This document shows positions 28,719 to 37,296 of a stretch of DNA of 64,000 bases, piece after piece. The DNA is from Chloroflexota bacterium. Lineage in GTDB: Bacteria > Chloroflexota > Limnocylindria > Limnocylindrales > CSP1-4. The stretch is from positions 348,748 to 412,747 of the forward strand of contig JADMIG010000001.1 in NCBI GenBank assembly GCA_015478725.1. The letters are read 5' to 3'. The position numbers and the translations under genes are program-made. The notes beneath the pieces were generated by a model, which saw only the letters and a list, made by a program, of their open reading frames with translations, searched no databases and was not told where the DNA came from. The stretch's first letter is position 1, and every line of letters starts with the position of its first letter.

Positions 28719-29258
28719 CTACGGACCGGCTATGACCCCCGGTGCGGCAAGAACGTCGTTCGTGGCCCCGCCGGCCAGCGAACCGCTGAAACTGCCCATG
28801 ACGGCGCCGATCGAGCCGACCGCGGCCGAGGGCGACGCGGCGATGCCGATGCCGGTCACGATGATCGGCTCGATGTTCACCGTGTCCGAGTCGAGGATGT
28901 GGATCGTCAGCACGTTGGCGGCGATGGTCGCGGTCGCCCCGAGCGAGCCGGGCGACTTCGCCGTCGACGGGGAACCGGTGAAGGTCACCGTCGCGCCGGA
29001 GCCGGCGTGATCGGAGATCGTCACCTCGAAGGATCCGGGGCCTCTCCCGAACGCCGCGGGGCCCGCCTCGCCGAACGAGAGGACGAGGGTGGTTCCCGAC
29101 GATCCGCCACGCGGGACGGACCCGACGGCGGTGACGATGACCGTCGAGAACGCCGGTGGGGCCGCGCTCGGGGTCGCGACGCTCGGTGGCGGCGTGGGGC
29201 TGCTGCTGCACGCGGCCATCGTGACGATGAGCGCCAGGACGAGGAAGATGCGGGCCAT
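28719..29258 (-). CDS. putative lipoprotein (lipobox MAACS), Ser/Thr/Gly/Ala-rich
   Basis: MARIFLVLALIVTMAAC-SSSPTPPPS signal/lipobox, then low-complexity beta-rich sequence. Confidence 0.5.
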   Translation of the reverse strand: MARIFLVLALIVTMAACSSSPTPPPSVATPSAAPPAFSTVIVTAVGSVPRGGSSGTTLVLSFGEAGPAAFGRGPGSFEVTISDHAGSGATVTFTGSPSTAKSPGSLGATATIAANVLTIHILDSDTVNIEPIIVTGIGIAASPSAAVGSIGAVMGSFSGSLAGGATNDVLAAPGVIAGP

Positions 29259-29392
29259 CCGGCCAAGGGTACGCCAGTTGCTCCGGATCGAGCCTGGCCG
29301 GGGCTCATCCGCGGACGAAGCGCGGACGAATCACCGACGGCGGAGTACGCTGGCCGCAGGCGCGTTCAACCGTCGACACTTTGGAGGTCATC

Positions 29393-29581
29393 GTGGGTGC
29401 CCTGTCACCGATCCATCTCGTGATCATCCTCGTCGTCGCGCTCCTCATCCTCGGACCCGGCAAGCTTCCGGAGACCGGAGCGGCGCTCGGGAAGAGCATC
29501 CGCGAGTTCCGCGACGCGATCGGCGGCCGGGGTTCGGACACCGGGACCGCTGGACCGGGGGATCCGCCCGCCGCCTCCTGA
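29393..29581 (+). CDS. tatA: twin-arginine translocase subunit TatA/E
   Basis: GGAGG 5 nt before the GTG. TM helix then LGPGKLPETGAALGKSIREFRDA, the TatA hinge/amphipathic motif. The ORF-track TTG at 29381 is an alternative start. Confidence 0.8.
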   Translation: MGALSPIHLVIILVVALLILGPGKLPETGAALGKSIREFRDAIGGRGSDTGTAGPGDPPAAS

Positions 29582-29584
29582 CCG

Positions 29585-29619
29585 CCGGGCCACACGTTCG
29601 GGCCGGGCCACGCGTTCGG
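29585..29619 (+). repeat. tandem imperfect 18-nt repeat CCGGGCCACRCGTTCGGx2 immediately after the tatA stop
   Basis: Read from the sequence; 16/17 identity, 18-nt period. It lies in the convergent tatA / DUF4395 intergenic region. Confidence 0.6.
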
Positions 29620-29623
29620 ACGG

Positions 29624-30091
29624 TCAGGACGAGCGACGAAGAACGAAGCGGTCGAACTGGGCCGGCAGCCACCACTGGAGCCCGTAGATCCGGCAGCCGA
29701 GGCAGAAGCCGGTGACGGCGAGCGTCGCCTGCAGGGCGACGACGATCCCGACCGGGATCCATCCGAGCGACGATCCCGCCGCGAGGCCCAGCAGGCCGAT
29801 GGCGAGGGTCGCCGTCCCGAGGGCCTGGGCGAACCGCGGCCCGACCTCCGGTTCCAGGACGGCGGGAGGCCCGAGCCGGAGGCCGGATCTGACGAACAGC
29901 CACGGCCGGCTGAAGAGGAAGCGGCGCGTGCCGAACGCGGAACTCACGCCGAGCGCGACAGCCACGCCCGCGACGACGAGGGGAAGGCCGGCCGCGATGG
30001 ATGCGACGAGGACGATCGCGGACGCGCCCGCGCCGAAGCGCTGGCCGCGCGGATCGATGAGCCTGATGGGGGTCCGGGCAGGGATGGACAC
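29624..30091 (-). CDS. DUF4395-like integral membrane protein
   Basis: Multi-TM with a C-terminal CLGCRIYG motif. GTG start chosen at V61 of the ORF-track protein. Confidence 0.5.
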   Translation of the reverse strand: MSIPARTPIRLIDPRGQRFGAGASAIVLVASIAAGLPLVVAGVAVALGVSSAFGTRRFLFSRPWLFVRSGLRLGPPAVLEPEVGPRFAQALGTATLAIGLLGLAAGSSLGWIPVGIVVALQATLAVTGFCLGCRIYGLQWWLPAQFDRFVLRRSS

Positions 30092-30322
30092 GGGACGACT
30101 CCAGGATGCGAGGGGAGACCGTCGGCCCTCAGGGCCGAGGTGGGTGCTCTGGTCCGCGAGCCGGTTCGTCGCTGGCGGTCGGATCGACCGTCTGATCAGC
30201 GCGTCGCGGCTCGCTCCGGACAGGAGCACGGCCCGCCGTGTGTGCCGCGCCGGTCGGCGCCCATCGCCCACATCGCTCGACTCCGTCGGGTTGCGGAGGA
30301 GCGAAGGCGTGGCGCCAGGGCG

Positions 30323-30356
30323 GCGGTGTCGGCGGTGTCGGCGGTGTCGGTCGTCA
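30323..30356 (+). repeat. tandem 9-mer GGCGGTGTC x3 plus partial copy
   Basis: Read from the sequence, inside the 340-nt divergent intergenic region. Confidence 0.7.
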
Positions 30357-30452
30357 TCGGATCAGCGCGAAGCGTAGGTGGGGTCAGCTCGGCCGTCAAC
30401 CCGACGGGCGCGCGGACGCACGGGTGCATAGGTGGCCCGATACGATGCAGGC

Positions 30453-31985
30453 ATGACGAGCGACGGCACCCGGCCCGGCGCGCCTGCCTCCTGGACGGAC
30501 GGGACCGGCGACATGGACCCGGCGTCGTTCCGCGCCGCCGCTCACGCGGTGGTCGATCTCATGGCGGACTACCTCGCCGGCGTCGAGCGCTATCCCGTCT
30601 TCCCGTCGATCGAGCCGGGAACGCTCGCACCGCTCTTCCCGCCGGCCGCGCCCGACGCGCCGGAGCCGATCGAGGCGATCCTCGACGACTACCGCCGGCT
30701 CGTCGAGCCGAACGCGACGCACTGGCAGCACCCCGGATTCCTCGCTTACTTCGCGACGACCGCGTCCGGGCCGGGGATCCTCGGGGAGATGCTCACCGCG
30801 GCCCTCGGCCAGAACCCGATGCTGTGGCGGACCTCGCCGATCGGCACGGAGCTCGAGGAAGTCGTCGTCCGCTGGCTGCGCGACGCGCTCGGCCTCCCGG
30901 CCACGTTCGACGGCCTCCTCACGGACACCGCATCCACTTCCACGCTCATCGGCCTTGCCGGTGCCCGCCAGGCGGCCGGCCTCGACGTCGCCGCGGCGGG
31001 ACTCGCCGGTCGGAGCGAGGTGCCCGCGCTCCGTGTCTATGCGTCACGGGAGGCGCATTCGTCCATCGAGAAGGCACTGATGACCCTCGGCCTCGGCCGG
31101 GCCAGCCTCGAGCGGATCCCGACGGACGCCGGATATGCGATGGACGTCGAGGCGCTCGAGCGGGCGATCGCCCTGGATCGCGGCGGTGGGCGCCGTCCCA
31201 TCGCCGTCGTCGCCACGATCGGGACCACCTCGTCGACCGCCATCGATCCCGTCGCCGCGATCGCCGCGGTGGCCGAGCGCGAAGGGCTGTGGCTCCATGT
31301 CGACGCGGCGTATGCCGGTCCGATCGCCCTGATCCCCGATCGCCGCGGCCCGTTCGCCGGCTGGGAGCGCGCCGACTCGATCGTCGTGAACCCGCACAAG
31401 TGGCTGTTCACGCCGCTCGACGCCTCGCTTCTCCTCAGCCGCCGGATGGACGTCCTCCGCGACGCGTTCAGCCTCGTCCCGGAATACCTGCGCACGCTCG
31501 ACCGGACGAACGCGGTCCACGACTACAACGAGTACACCCCGCAGCTCGGTCGCCGCTTCCGGGCGCTCAAGCTCTGGATGCTCCTCCGCGCCTTCGGACT
31601 CGACGGGCTGCGCCGCCGGCTCATCGCGCACTGCGAGCTCGCGGCGGCTTTCGCGGGCTGGATCGATGCCGAGCCGGGATGGGAGCGTCTCGCTCCCGTC
31701 CCGTTCTCGACGGTCTGCTTCCGGCACGTGCCGGAAGCGCGTGACGGCGTTGCGGCGGACGGCGGCGACGGCGGCGGCGGTCACGTCGCGCTCGATGCGC
31801 ACAACGCGGCGCTCATGGATGCGGTGAACCGCAGCGGCGAGGTGTTCCTGTCCCACACCCGGCTCGACGGACGCTTCACGATCCGCCTCGCGATCGGCAA
31901 CGTCCGGACGGAGGAACGGCACGTCCGCCGGGCGTGGGATCTGCTCCGCCGGGAGGCCGCGAGGCTCACCGCGGCAGCGCGCTAG
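30453..31985 (+). CDS. pyridoxal-phosphate-dependent group II amino-acid decarboxylase (aromatic-L-amino-acid/glutamate decarboxylase family)
   Basis: Group II DC motifs (HVDAAYAGPIALIP, NPHKWLFTPLDASLL with PLP-binding Lys). An alternative GTG lies at 30432. Confidence 0.8.
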   Translation: MTSDGTRPGAPASWTDGTGDMDPASFRAAAHAVVDLMADYLAGVERYPVFPSIEPGTLAPLFPPAAPDAPEPIEAILDDYRRLVEPNATHWQHPGFLAYFATTASGPGILGEMLTAALGQNPMLWRTSPIGTELEEVVVRWLRDALGLPATFDGLLTDTASTSTLIGLAGARQAAGLDVAAAGLAGRSEVPALRVYASREAHSSIEKALMTLGLGRASLERIPTDAGYAMDVEALERAIALDRGGGRRPIAVVATIGTTSSTAIDPVAAIAAVAEREGLWLHVDAAYAGPIALIPDRRGPFAGWERADSIVVNPHKWLFTPLDASLLLSRRMDVLRDAFSLVPEYLRTLDRTNAVHDYNEYTPQLGRRFRALKLWMLLRAFGLDGLRRRLIAHCELAAAFAGWIDAEPGWERLAPVPFSTVCFRHVPEARDGVAADGGDGGGGHVALDAHNAALMDAVNRSGEVFLSHTRLDGRFTIRLAIGNVRTEERHVRRAWDLLRREAARLTAAAR

Positions 31986-32037
31986 ACTCGCCAGCAGGCG
32001 TCGCACGGACGGCGGGGTCACGACCAGCCGTGGCATC

Positions 32038-32898
32038 ATGGCGCGGACACACTGCCATCCACGGGAGGACCGCCGACCGGTGCCGCCGATCGCCGAGCTG
32101 AGCCGCATCGAGCCCGTCTACCTCGGCCGTCTCGAGAAGGAGGGCGTGTTCACGACGGGCATCCTCCTCGAGGTCTCGGAGACGCCGACGCGCCGGCAAT
32201 CCCTCGCCGACCACACGGGGGCCTCCATCCTCGAGGTGCTCACCTGGCGCGACGAGGCACTCCTCCTCAACCTCGCCGCGTTCGGTCCGGCCGAGCATGT
32301 CCTCCTCGCGCAGGCCGGATTCCGGGGGCTCGATGCCGTCCTCCGGGTCGACCTGGCAAGGTTCCAGGAACGGGTGCTGCGCGCGGCCCGGGATCTCAGG
32401 GCGGAGCCTCCGACCGAGCTCACGATGACGGGCTGGTGGGAGCAGGCGCGGACACTCGAGACGCCGCCGGAGGAGGAGACGCTGCCAACCGTCGATGCCG
32501 GCGGGATCGTCCTTCGCTTCGTGCTCGGTCTGGCCATCGGCGTCGGGACGGCGACCGTCGCCGCGGCGCTCGCCCCGGCCGACTCGGCGCTCGGCGCGAT
32601 CGCCGTCATCGTCGCGATCGGCGCGATCGGCGGAGCCGTCGCCGGGGTCGCCCTGTCCGGCGTCGGCGGGTTCCTCGGCCTGCTCGCTGGATCGGCCCTC
32701 GTCTTCGCGCTCCTGCTCGGACGGGGAGTCCTCGTGGCGCTGCCGAACACGCCGCTCTGGACGGACCAGGGGATCTCGTTCACGCTCGGCCTCGGAGCCG
32801 GGCCGCCGGCGGTGATCGCCGGCTGGCTCGTCGGGCGAGTGGGTGCCCGACGGCGGACGGCACCGCCGCTCGCGACGGTGGGCCATCGGACCGCCTGA
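32038..32898 (+). CDS. DUF4332-like protein (N-terminal HhH-like domain) with Gly/Ala-rich multi-TM C-terminus
   Basis: LSRIEPVYLGRLEKEGVFTTGILL then glycine-zipper-like TM segments. An alternative GTG at 32080 is preceded by GGGAGG. Confidence 0.45.
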   Translation: MARTHCHPREDRRPVPPIAELSRIEPVYLGRLEKEGVFTTGILLEVSETPTRRQSLADHTGASILEVLTWRDEALLLNLAAFGPAEHVLLAQAGFRGLDAVLRVDLARFQERVLRAARDLRAEPPTELTMTGWWEQARTLETPPEEETLPTVDAGGIVLRFVLGLAIGVGTATVAAALAPADSALGAIAVIVAIGAIGGAVAGVALSGVGGFLGLLAGSALVFALLLGRGVLVALPNTPLWTDQGISFTLGLGAGPPAVIAGWLVGRVGARRRTAPPLATVGHRTA

Positions 32899-32923
32899 GC
32901 GGTCGTCCGGCTACGATGGCCGG

Positions 32924-33631
32924 GTGAATGTCCTCGCGACCCGCATCGGGTCCGTCGTCATCGGCCTCGCGACGATCGTCGTCGCGGTCGGCGTGGCCGT
33001 CGCCGTCCTCTTCAATCCGATCTGGGTATCGTTCGAACAGGGTCGCGCGGACGCTGCGGCATGGACCGGCTTCACGCCCGCGGAGCTGCGGACGGTCACG
33101 GACTCGATCCTCTCCGAGCTGTACGTGGGGCCGGGAGACTTCGCCGTCAGCGTCGGCGGGGTGGCGGTCCTCGACGCCCGGGAACAGGCCCACATGCGCG
33201 ATGTGCGGGCGGTGTTCGTCGAGTTCGGAGCGGTGGTCATCGGCTCGTTGGCGGTCCTGCTCGTGGGTCGTGTCGCGACCCGCGGCAGAGCGTCGTACTG
33301 GCGAGCGGTGCGGGCCGGCGCGTCGGTCCTCGTCATCGCGGTCGTCGCCCTCGGCGTCCTCGCCGTCGTCGCATTCGATGCGCTCTTCGAGGTGTTCCAC
33401 CGTCTCTTCTTCGCCGGCGGCTCGTACACCTTCGATCCGCGGACGGAGCGGCTCGTCCAGCTGTTCCCGGATCGGTTCTGGTTCGAAACCTCGATCGCCC
33501 TCGGGGCTGTCCTCCTCGGGATCGGCCTGCTCGCCCGCTGGTATGCCGGCCGTCGGATCGCCGCGTTCGGTCCAGGGGGTGCGGCGGCGCTCCGTGCCCG
33601 GAGCGGCGATCGTCCGGTGGCCGTCGGGTGA
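32924..33631 (+). CDS. integral membrane protein, TIGR01906/DUF1461-like
   Basis: Four TM helices; conserved HMRDV and FFAGGSYTFDP region. GTG chosen at V28 of the ORF. Confidence 0.5.
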   Translation: MNVLATRIGSVVIGLATIVVAVGVAVAVLFNPIWVSFEQGRADAAAWTGFTPAELRTVTDSILSELYVGPGDFAVSVGGVAVLDAREQAHMRDVRAVFVEFGAVVIGSLAVLLVGRVATRGRASYWRAVRAGASVLVIAVVALGVLAVVAFDALFEVFHRLFFAGGSYTFDPRTERLVQLFPDRFWFETSIALGAVLLGIGLLARWYAGRRIAAFGPGGAAALRARSGDRPVAVG

Positions 33632-34758
33632 GCGGCAGCCGCATCCTCGCGATCGCCCGGATCGCCGGCGTGGAGATCCGGGTCCACGTGAGCTGGGTCC
33701 TCGTGATCGCCGTCGTCACCCTCGGCGCGGCGGCTCAGCCGACGGCGTTCCCGGCCGCCTGGCCGGATGCGGCGCGTCTCGCGGCCGGGGGCGTCCTCGC
33801 CGCCCTGTTCTTCGCCTCGATCGTGCTCCACGAGCTCGCCCATGCGATCGTCGCACGCCGCCGGGGGCTCCCGGTGGACTCGATCACGATCGTCTTCTTC
33901 GGCGGCGTCACGACGATCGAGGACGCGGCCCGCGATCCCCGCGACGAGCTCGCCGTCGCCGCCAGCGGACCGCTCGTGAGCACGGTCGTCGGCGCGATCG
34001 TCCTCGCCTTCGGCGTCCTCCTCGGTCCGTCGAGCTCGGTGATCGGTCTCGGCGCGGCCGTCGTCGGCTCGGTGAACCTCTTCCTCGGCATCCTCAACCT
34101 CGTCCCCGCGTTGCCGCTCGACGGCGGCCGGATCCTCCACGCCGTCCTCTGGCAGGCCGCGGGCGACGCGGCGACCGCGGGACGGCGGACGGCGCGCGTC
34201 GGACGACTCATCGGCGCAGCGGCGCTCGGCCTGGGGATCCTCATCAGCCTCGTCGGCGATGCGTGGACCGGGCTGGTCGTGCTCGTGAGCGGGTGGTTCA
34301 TCGTCCAGGGTTCACGGGTCACGGAGCGGCGACTCGCGATCGAGGCGCTCCTCGCCGGGGTCCGGGTCGGCGAGGTGATGGAGCGCGACCTCACGAGCGT
34401 GGGACCGACGCTCACCGTCGACACGTTCGCCGACCAGCTCCTCGCCGACGGCGAGCGGACGAGCGTCCCCGTCGTCGACGGCGACGGCCTCGTCGGGGTG
34501 ATCGGCGTCGTCCAGCTGCGCCGGATCACCCGCCGCCGGTGGGCCGACCTGCGCGCGTCGGACCTGATGATCGCACCGCCGACCCTGCCCGCCCTCGCCG
34601 CGGACGATGCGGCGTGGGTGGCGATGGAGCTCCTCCGCCGCTCGGGCCTCGACGGGATCCCGGTCATGGCGGGACGGACCCTCGTCGGGCTCTTCACCCG
34701 GCGCGCGGTCGTCAATGCGATCCGCGACCGCGCGACGAGCCAGGCAGCCACTCGATGA
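33628..34758 (+). CDS. site-2 protease family (M50) metalloprotease with tandem CBS domains
   Basis: HELAHAIVA (HExxH), LNLVPALPLDGG (LDG), then two CBS-like repeats. GTGA overlap with the upstream gene. Confidence 0.75.
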   Translation: MSGSRILAIARIAGVEIRVHVSWVLVIAVVTLGAAAQPTAFPAAWPDAARLAAGGVLAALFFASIVLHELAHAIVARRRGLPVDSITIVFFGGVTTIEDAARDPRDELAVAASGPLVSTVVGAIVLAFGVLLGPSSSVIGLGAAVVGSVNLFLGILNLVPALPLDGGRILHAVLWQAAGDAATAGRRTARVGRLIGAAALGLGILISLVGDAWTGLVVLVSGWFIVQGSRVTERRLAIEALLAGVRVGEVMERDLTSVGPTLTVDTFADQLLADGERTSVPVVDGDGLVGVIGVVQLRRITRRRWADLRASDLMIAPPTLPALAADDAAWVAMELLRRSGLDGIPVMAGRTLVGLFTRRAVVNAIRDRATSQAATR

Positions 34759-36095
34759 GCGGCGACGCCGGGCCGGGCCGCCTCTGGACGGTCGAGGAGG
34801 CGATCGCCGGGATCCGCTCGAAGATCCCGGGGCCGCTCGAAGCGGAGTCCGCCACCCCCGAGGCGGCGCTCGGCCGGTGGCTTGCCGCGCCCGTTGTCGC
34901 CACCACGGACCTGCCGCCCTGGGACAACAGCGCGATGGACGGCTATGCGATCCGAGCGGCCGACACGGCCGGCGCGAGCGTCATGTCTCCGGTCCGCCTC
35001 GACGTCGTCGGCGAGGTGCGAGCGGGTCAGGCGCCGGAGGTCGAGGTTGCGGCCCGGACGGCGGTCCGGATCGCGACGGGCGCCCCCATCCCGCCGGGTG
35101 CCGACGCGGTCGTGCCGGTCGAGGCGACGACGCCGCTCGGCGCGGGGGGGACACCGGTGGGTCCGCGTGGCGGTGCGGCGGTCGGCCCGCTCCCGGCAGC
35201 GTGCCTTGTCCACGAGTCGATCGCGGCCGGCGGGTCCATCCGCAGCCGGGGTGGCGATGTGCGTGCGGGTGCCACCGTGCTCGCCACGGGCCGGCGGATG
35301 ACTGCGGCGGCGGTCGCGCTGGCGGCCGGCGTCGGGTCGGTGACCGTGAGCGTCCGTCGCCGGCCACGGGTCGCGGTCCTCGCGACCGGCGACGAGGTGC
35401 GGGCGATGGGCGAGGCGCTCGGTCCGGCAGGGATCCCCGACGCGAACGGCCCCGGCCTGCGGGCCCTCGTCGCGGAGGCGGGCGGCGAACCCATCGGGCT
35501 CGGTGTCGCACGCGACGAGCTGACCGATGTCGTCGCCGCGGTCCGTCGGGGGGTGGCGGCCGCGGACGTCGTGATCGTGAGCGGCGGCGTGTCCGTCGGC
35601 CCGTACGACGTCGTCCGCGCGGCATTCTCCACCGTCGGGATGATCGACCTGTGGCGGGTGGCCGTCCAGCCCGGCAAGCCGTTCGCGTTCGGCGTGGCCG
35701 AGCGTCCCGGCGGCGGTCGGGCGGTCCTGCTCTTCGGCCTGCCCGGCAACCCGGTCTCCACAGCCGTCACGTTCGAGATCTTCGTCCGACCGGCGCTCGC
35801 CCTCCTCGCCGGCGACCCGGAGCCCGGCCGGCCGGCCGACCGCGGCGTCCTCCGCGAACCGGTCTCGAAGAGTCCGGGCCGGCGGGGCTTCCTCCGCGTC
35901 CTCGTCGAACGGACGCCGGCGGGCGAGGTGATCCGCGATGCGGACGGACGGATCGGCGTGAGGCTCGCCGGCGGCCAGGGAAGCCACGTCCTCAGCGCAC
36001 TGGCGGCGGCCGATGCGCTCGCCATCGTCCCGGAGACCGTCACGTCGCTCCCGGCAGGCGCGGACGTGGCACTCTGGTGGCTCGGATCGCGATGA
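34755..36095 (+). CDS. moeA: molybdopterin molybdenumtransferase MoeA
   Basis: MoeA motifs (DNSAMDGYA, SGGVSVGPYD, VAVQPGKPFAFG). ATGA overlap with the upstream gene. Confidence 0.85.
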   Translation: MSGDAGPGRLWTVEEAIAGIRSKIPGPLEAESATPEAALGRWLAAPVVATTDLPPWDNSAMDGYAIRAADTAGASVMSPVRLDVVGEVRAGQAPEVEVAARTAVRIATGAPIPPGADAVVPVEATTPLGAGGTPVGPRGGAAVGPLPAACLVHESIAAGGSIRSRGGDVRAGATVLATGRRMTAAAVALAAGVGSVTVSVRRRPRVAVLATGDEVRAMGEALGPAGIPDANGPGLRALVAEAGGEPIGLGVARDELTDVVAAVRRGVAAADVVIVSGGVSVGPYDVVRAAFSTVGMIDLWRVAVQPGKPFAFGVAERPGGGRAVLLFGLPGNPVSTAVTFEIFVRPALALLAGDPEPGRPADRGVLREPVSKSPGRRGFLRVLVERTPAGEVIRDADGRIGVRLAGGQGSHVLSALAAADALAIVPETVTSLPAGADVALWWLGSR

Positions 36096-36772
36096 CGGAC
36101 GACGCCACGCGGCCGGATCGGAGAGGAGGACGGATGGACACCCCGTCGTCGACCCGCGTCGACCGCCGGCGGCTCACCCACGTCGATCGCTCGGGCCGGC
36201 CGCGGATGGTCGACGTCAGCGCGAAGCCCGCCACCGCGCGCCGGGCGGTCGCCGAGGCGATCGTCGGTCTCAGCCAGGAGACCCTGAGCCTCGTCATCGA
36301 TGGTGGCGGGCCGAAGGGCGATGTCCTCGGAGTCGCCGAGCTCGCCGGCGTCATGGGCGCGAAGCGGACGAGTGAGCTCATCCCGCTGTGCCATCCGCTC
36401 ACCCTCACGGACCTCGTCGTCCAGATCACGCCGGATCGAGCCGCGAGCGCGCTCCGGATCCGGGCCGAGGCGGCGACGACCGGCCAGACCGGCGTGGAGA
36501 TGGAGGCGATGACGGCCGCCGCGATCGCCGCCCTCACGGTCTACGACATGGTGAAGGGCGTCGAACGAGGCGTCGAGATCCGGTCCGTGTCCCTCGTCAG
36601 CAAGAGCGGCGGCGCGAGCGGGACGTGGACGCGCGATCGTCAGCCCGGCGGCGCCGCCTCCGGCTCGCGGCCCTCCCGTCCGTCCACCGGCGGGCCGAAA
36701 CATCGGCCGGGCGATCGGATGGCCGGCAGACTGCCGGGCCGCCGGACGGGCGGCGGACCCGCGACCGGCTGA
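36092..36772 (+). CDS. moaC: cyclic pyranopterin monophosphate synthase MoaC, with a roughly 60 aa Gly/Pro/Arg-rich C-terminal extension
   Basis: MoaC core (VDVSAK, LIPLCHPL, TGVEMEAMTAAAIAALTVYDM). The tail beyond SKSGGASG is low-complexity. ATGA overlap with moeA. Confidence 0.8.
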   Translation: MTDDATRPDRRGGRMDTPSSTRVDRRRLTHVDRSGRPRMVDVSAKPATARRAVAEAIVGLSQETLSLVIDGGGPKGDVLGVAELAGVMGAKRTSELIPLCHPLTLTDLVVQITPDRAASALRIRAEAATTGQTGVEMEAMTAAAIAALTVYDMVKGVERGVEIRSVSLVSKSGGASGTWTRDRQPGGAASGSRPSRPSTGGPKHRPGDRMAGRLPGRRTGGGPATG

Positions 36773-37296
36773 TGGCAGGGTCCGTCCGCACGGCGTTCGT
36801 CCTCACGGCGAGCGACCGCAGCGCCGCCGGTGAGCGCCCCGACGCCTCAGGCATCGCGGTCGCGGCCCGGCTCATCGACCTCGGGTTCAGCGTCGAGCGG
36901 GCGGTCGTCGCCGACGACCGGCCGGCGATCGCGGCGGCGCTCCGCGCGGCGGCGGCGCGCCATCCGCTCGTCGTCACGACCGGCGGCACGGGTCTCACGC
37001 CGCGCGACGTCACGCCACAGGCGACGCGCGAGGTGGTCGACTACGAGGTGCCGGGGATGGCCGAGCTCATGCGCGCCGAGGGCAGGCGGTCGACGCCGTT
37101 CGCCGCCCTCAGCCGGGCCGTCGTCGGCGTGCTCGGCCGGACGCTCATCGTCAACCTGCCGGGGAGTCCTCGAGGCGCGGCCGAGTCGCTCGAGACGATC
37201 GTCCCGCTCCTCGATCACGCCCTCGAGACGCTCGCCGGTCCGTTCGACCACGGGTCCGCGGCTGTCGGCCCTCGGTCTGCTCGAAGGAGTCGCTGA
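36772..37296 (+). CDS. moaB: molybdenum cofactor biosynthesis protein MogA/MoaB
   Basis: FVLTASDRSAAGERPDASG...TTGGTGLTPRD are MogA/MoaB motifs. Confidence 0.8.
   Translation: MAGSVRTAFVLTASDRSAAGERPDASGIAVAARLIDLGFSVERAVVADDRPAIAAALRAAAARHPLVVTTGGTGLTPRDVTPQATREVVDYEVPGMAELMRAEGRRSTPFAALSRAVVGVLGRTLIVNLPGSPRGAAESLETIVPLLDHALETLAGPFDHGSAAVGPRSARRSR

Noticed and set aside
28368-29423. 351-aa plus-strand ORF spanning the islet end, the pseudo-tRNA and the antisense of the 28719-29258 lipoprotein gene
   Set aside because: Gly/Arg/Asp-rich low-complexity translation. It crosses the att-like repeat and an intergenic tract. The opposite-strand lipoprotein, with signal peptide and lipobox, is the credible gene.
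30196-30456. Short ORFs (77 aa minus, 72 aa plus) in the 340-nt divergent intergenic region
   Set aside because: They are driven by the GGCGGTGTC microsatellite (translating as TDTADTADTA or GGVGGVGGV). No start context or motif.
32928-34754. Upstream 609 codons of the 1055-aa ORF 32928-36095 (same frame as moeA)
   Set aside because: It overlaps the DUF1461-like and S2P-CBS genes. MoeA homology starts at the ATG at 34755, which is ATGA-coupled.
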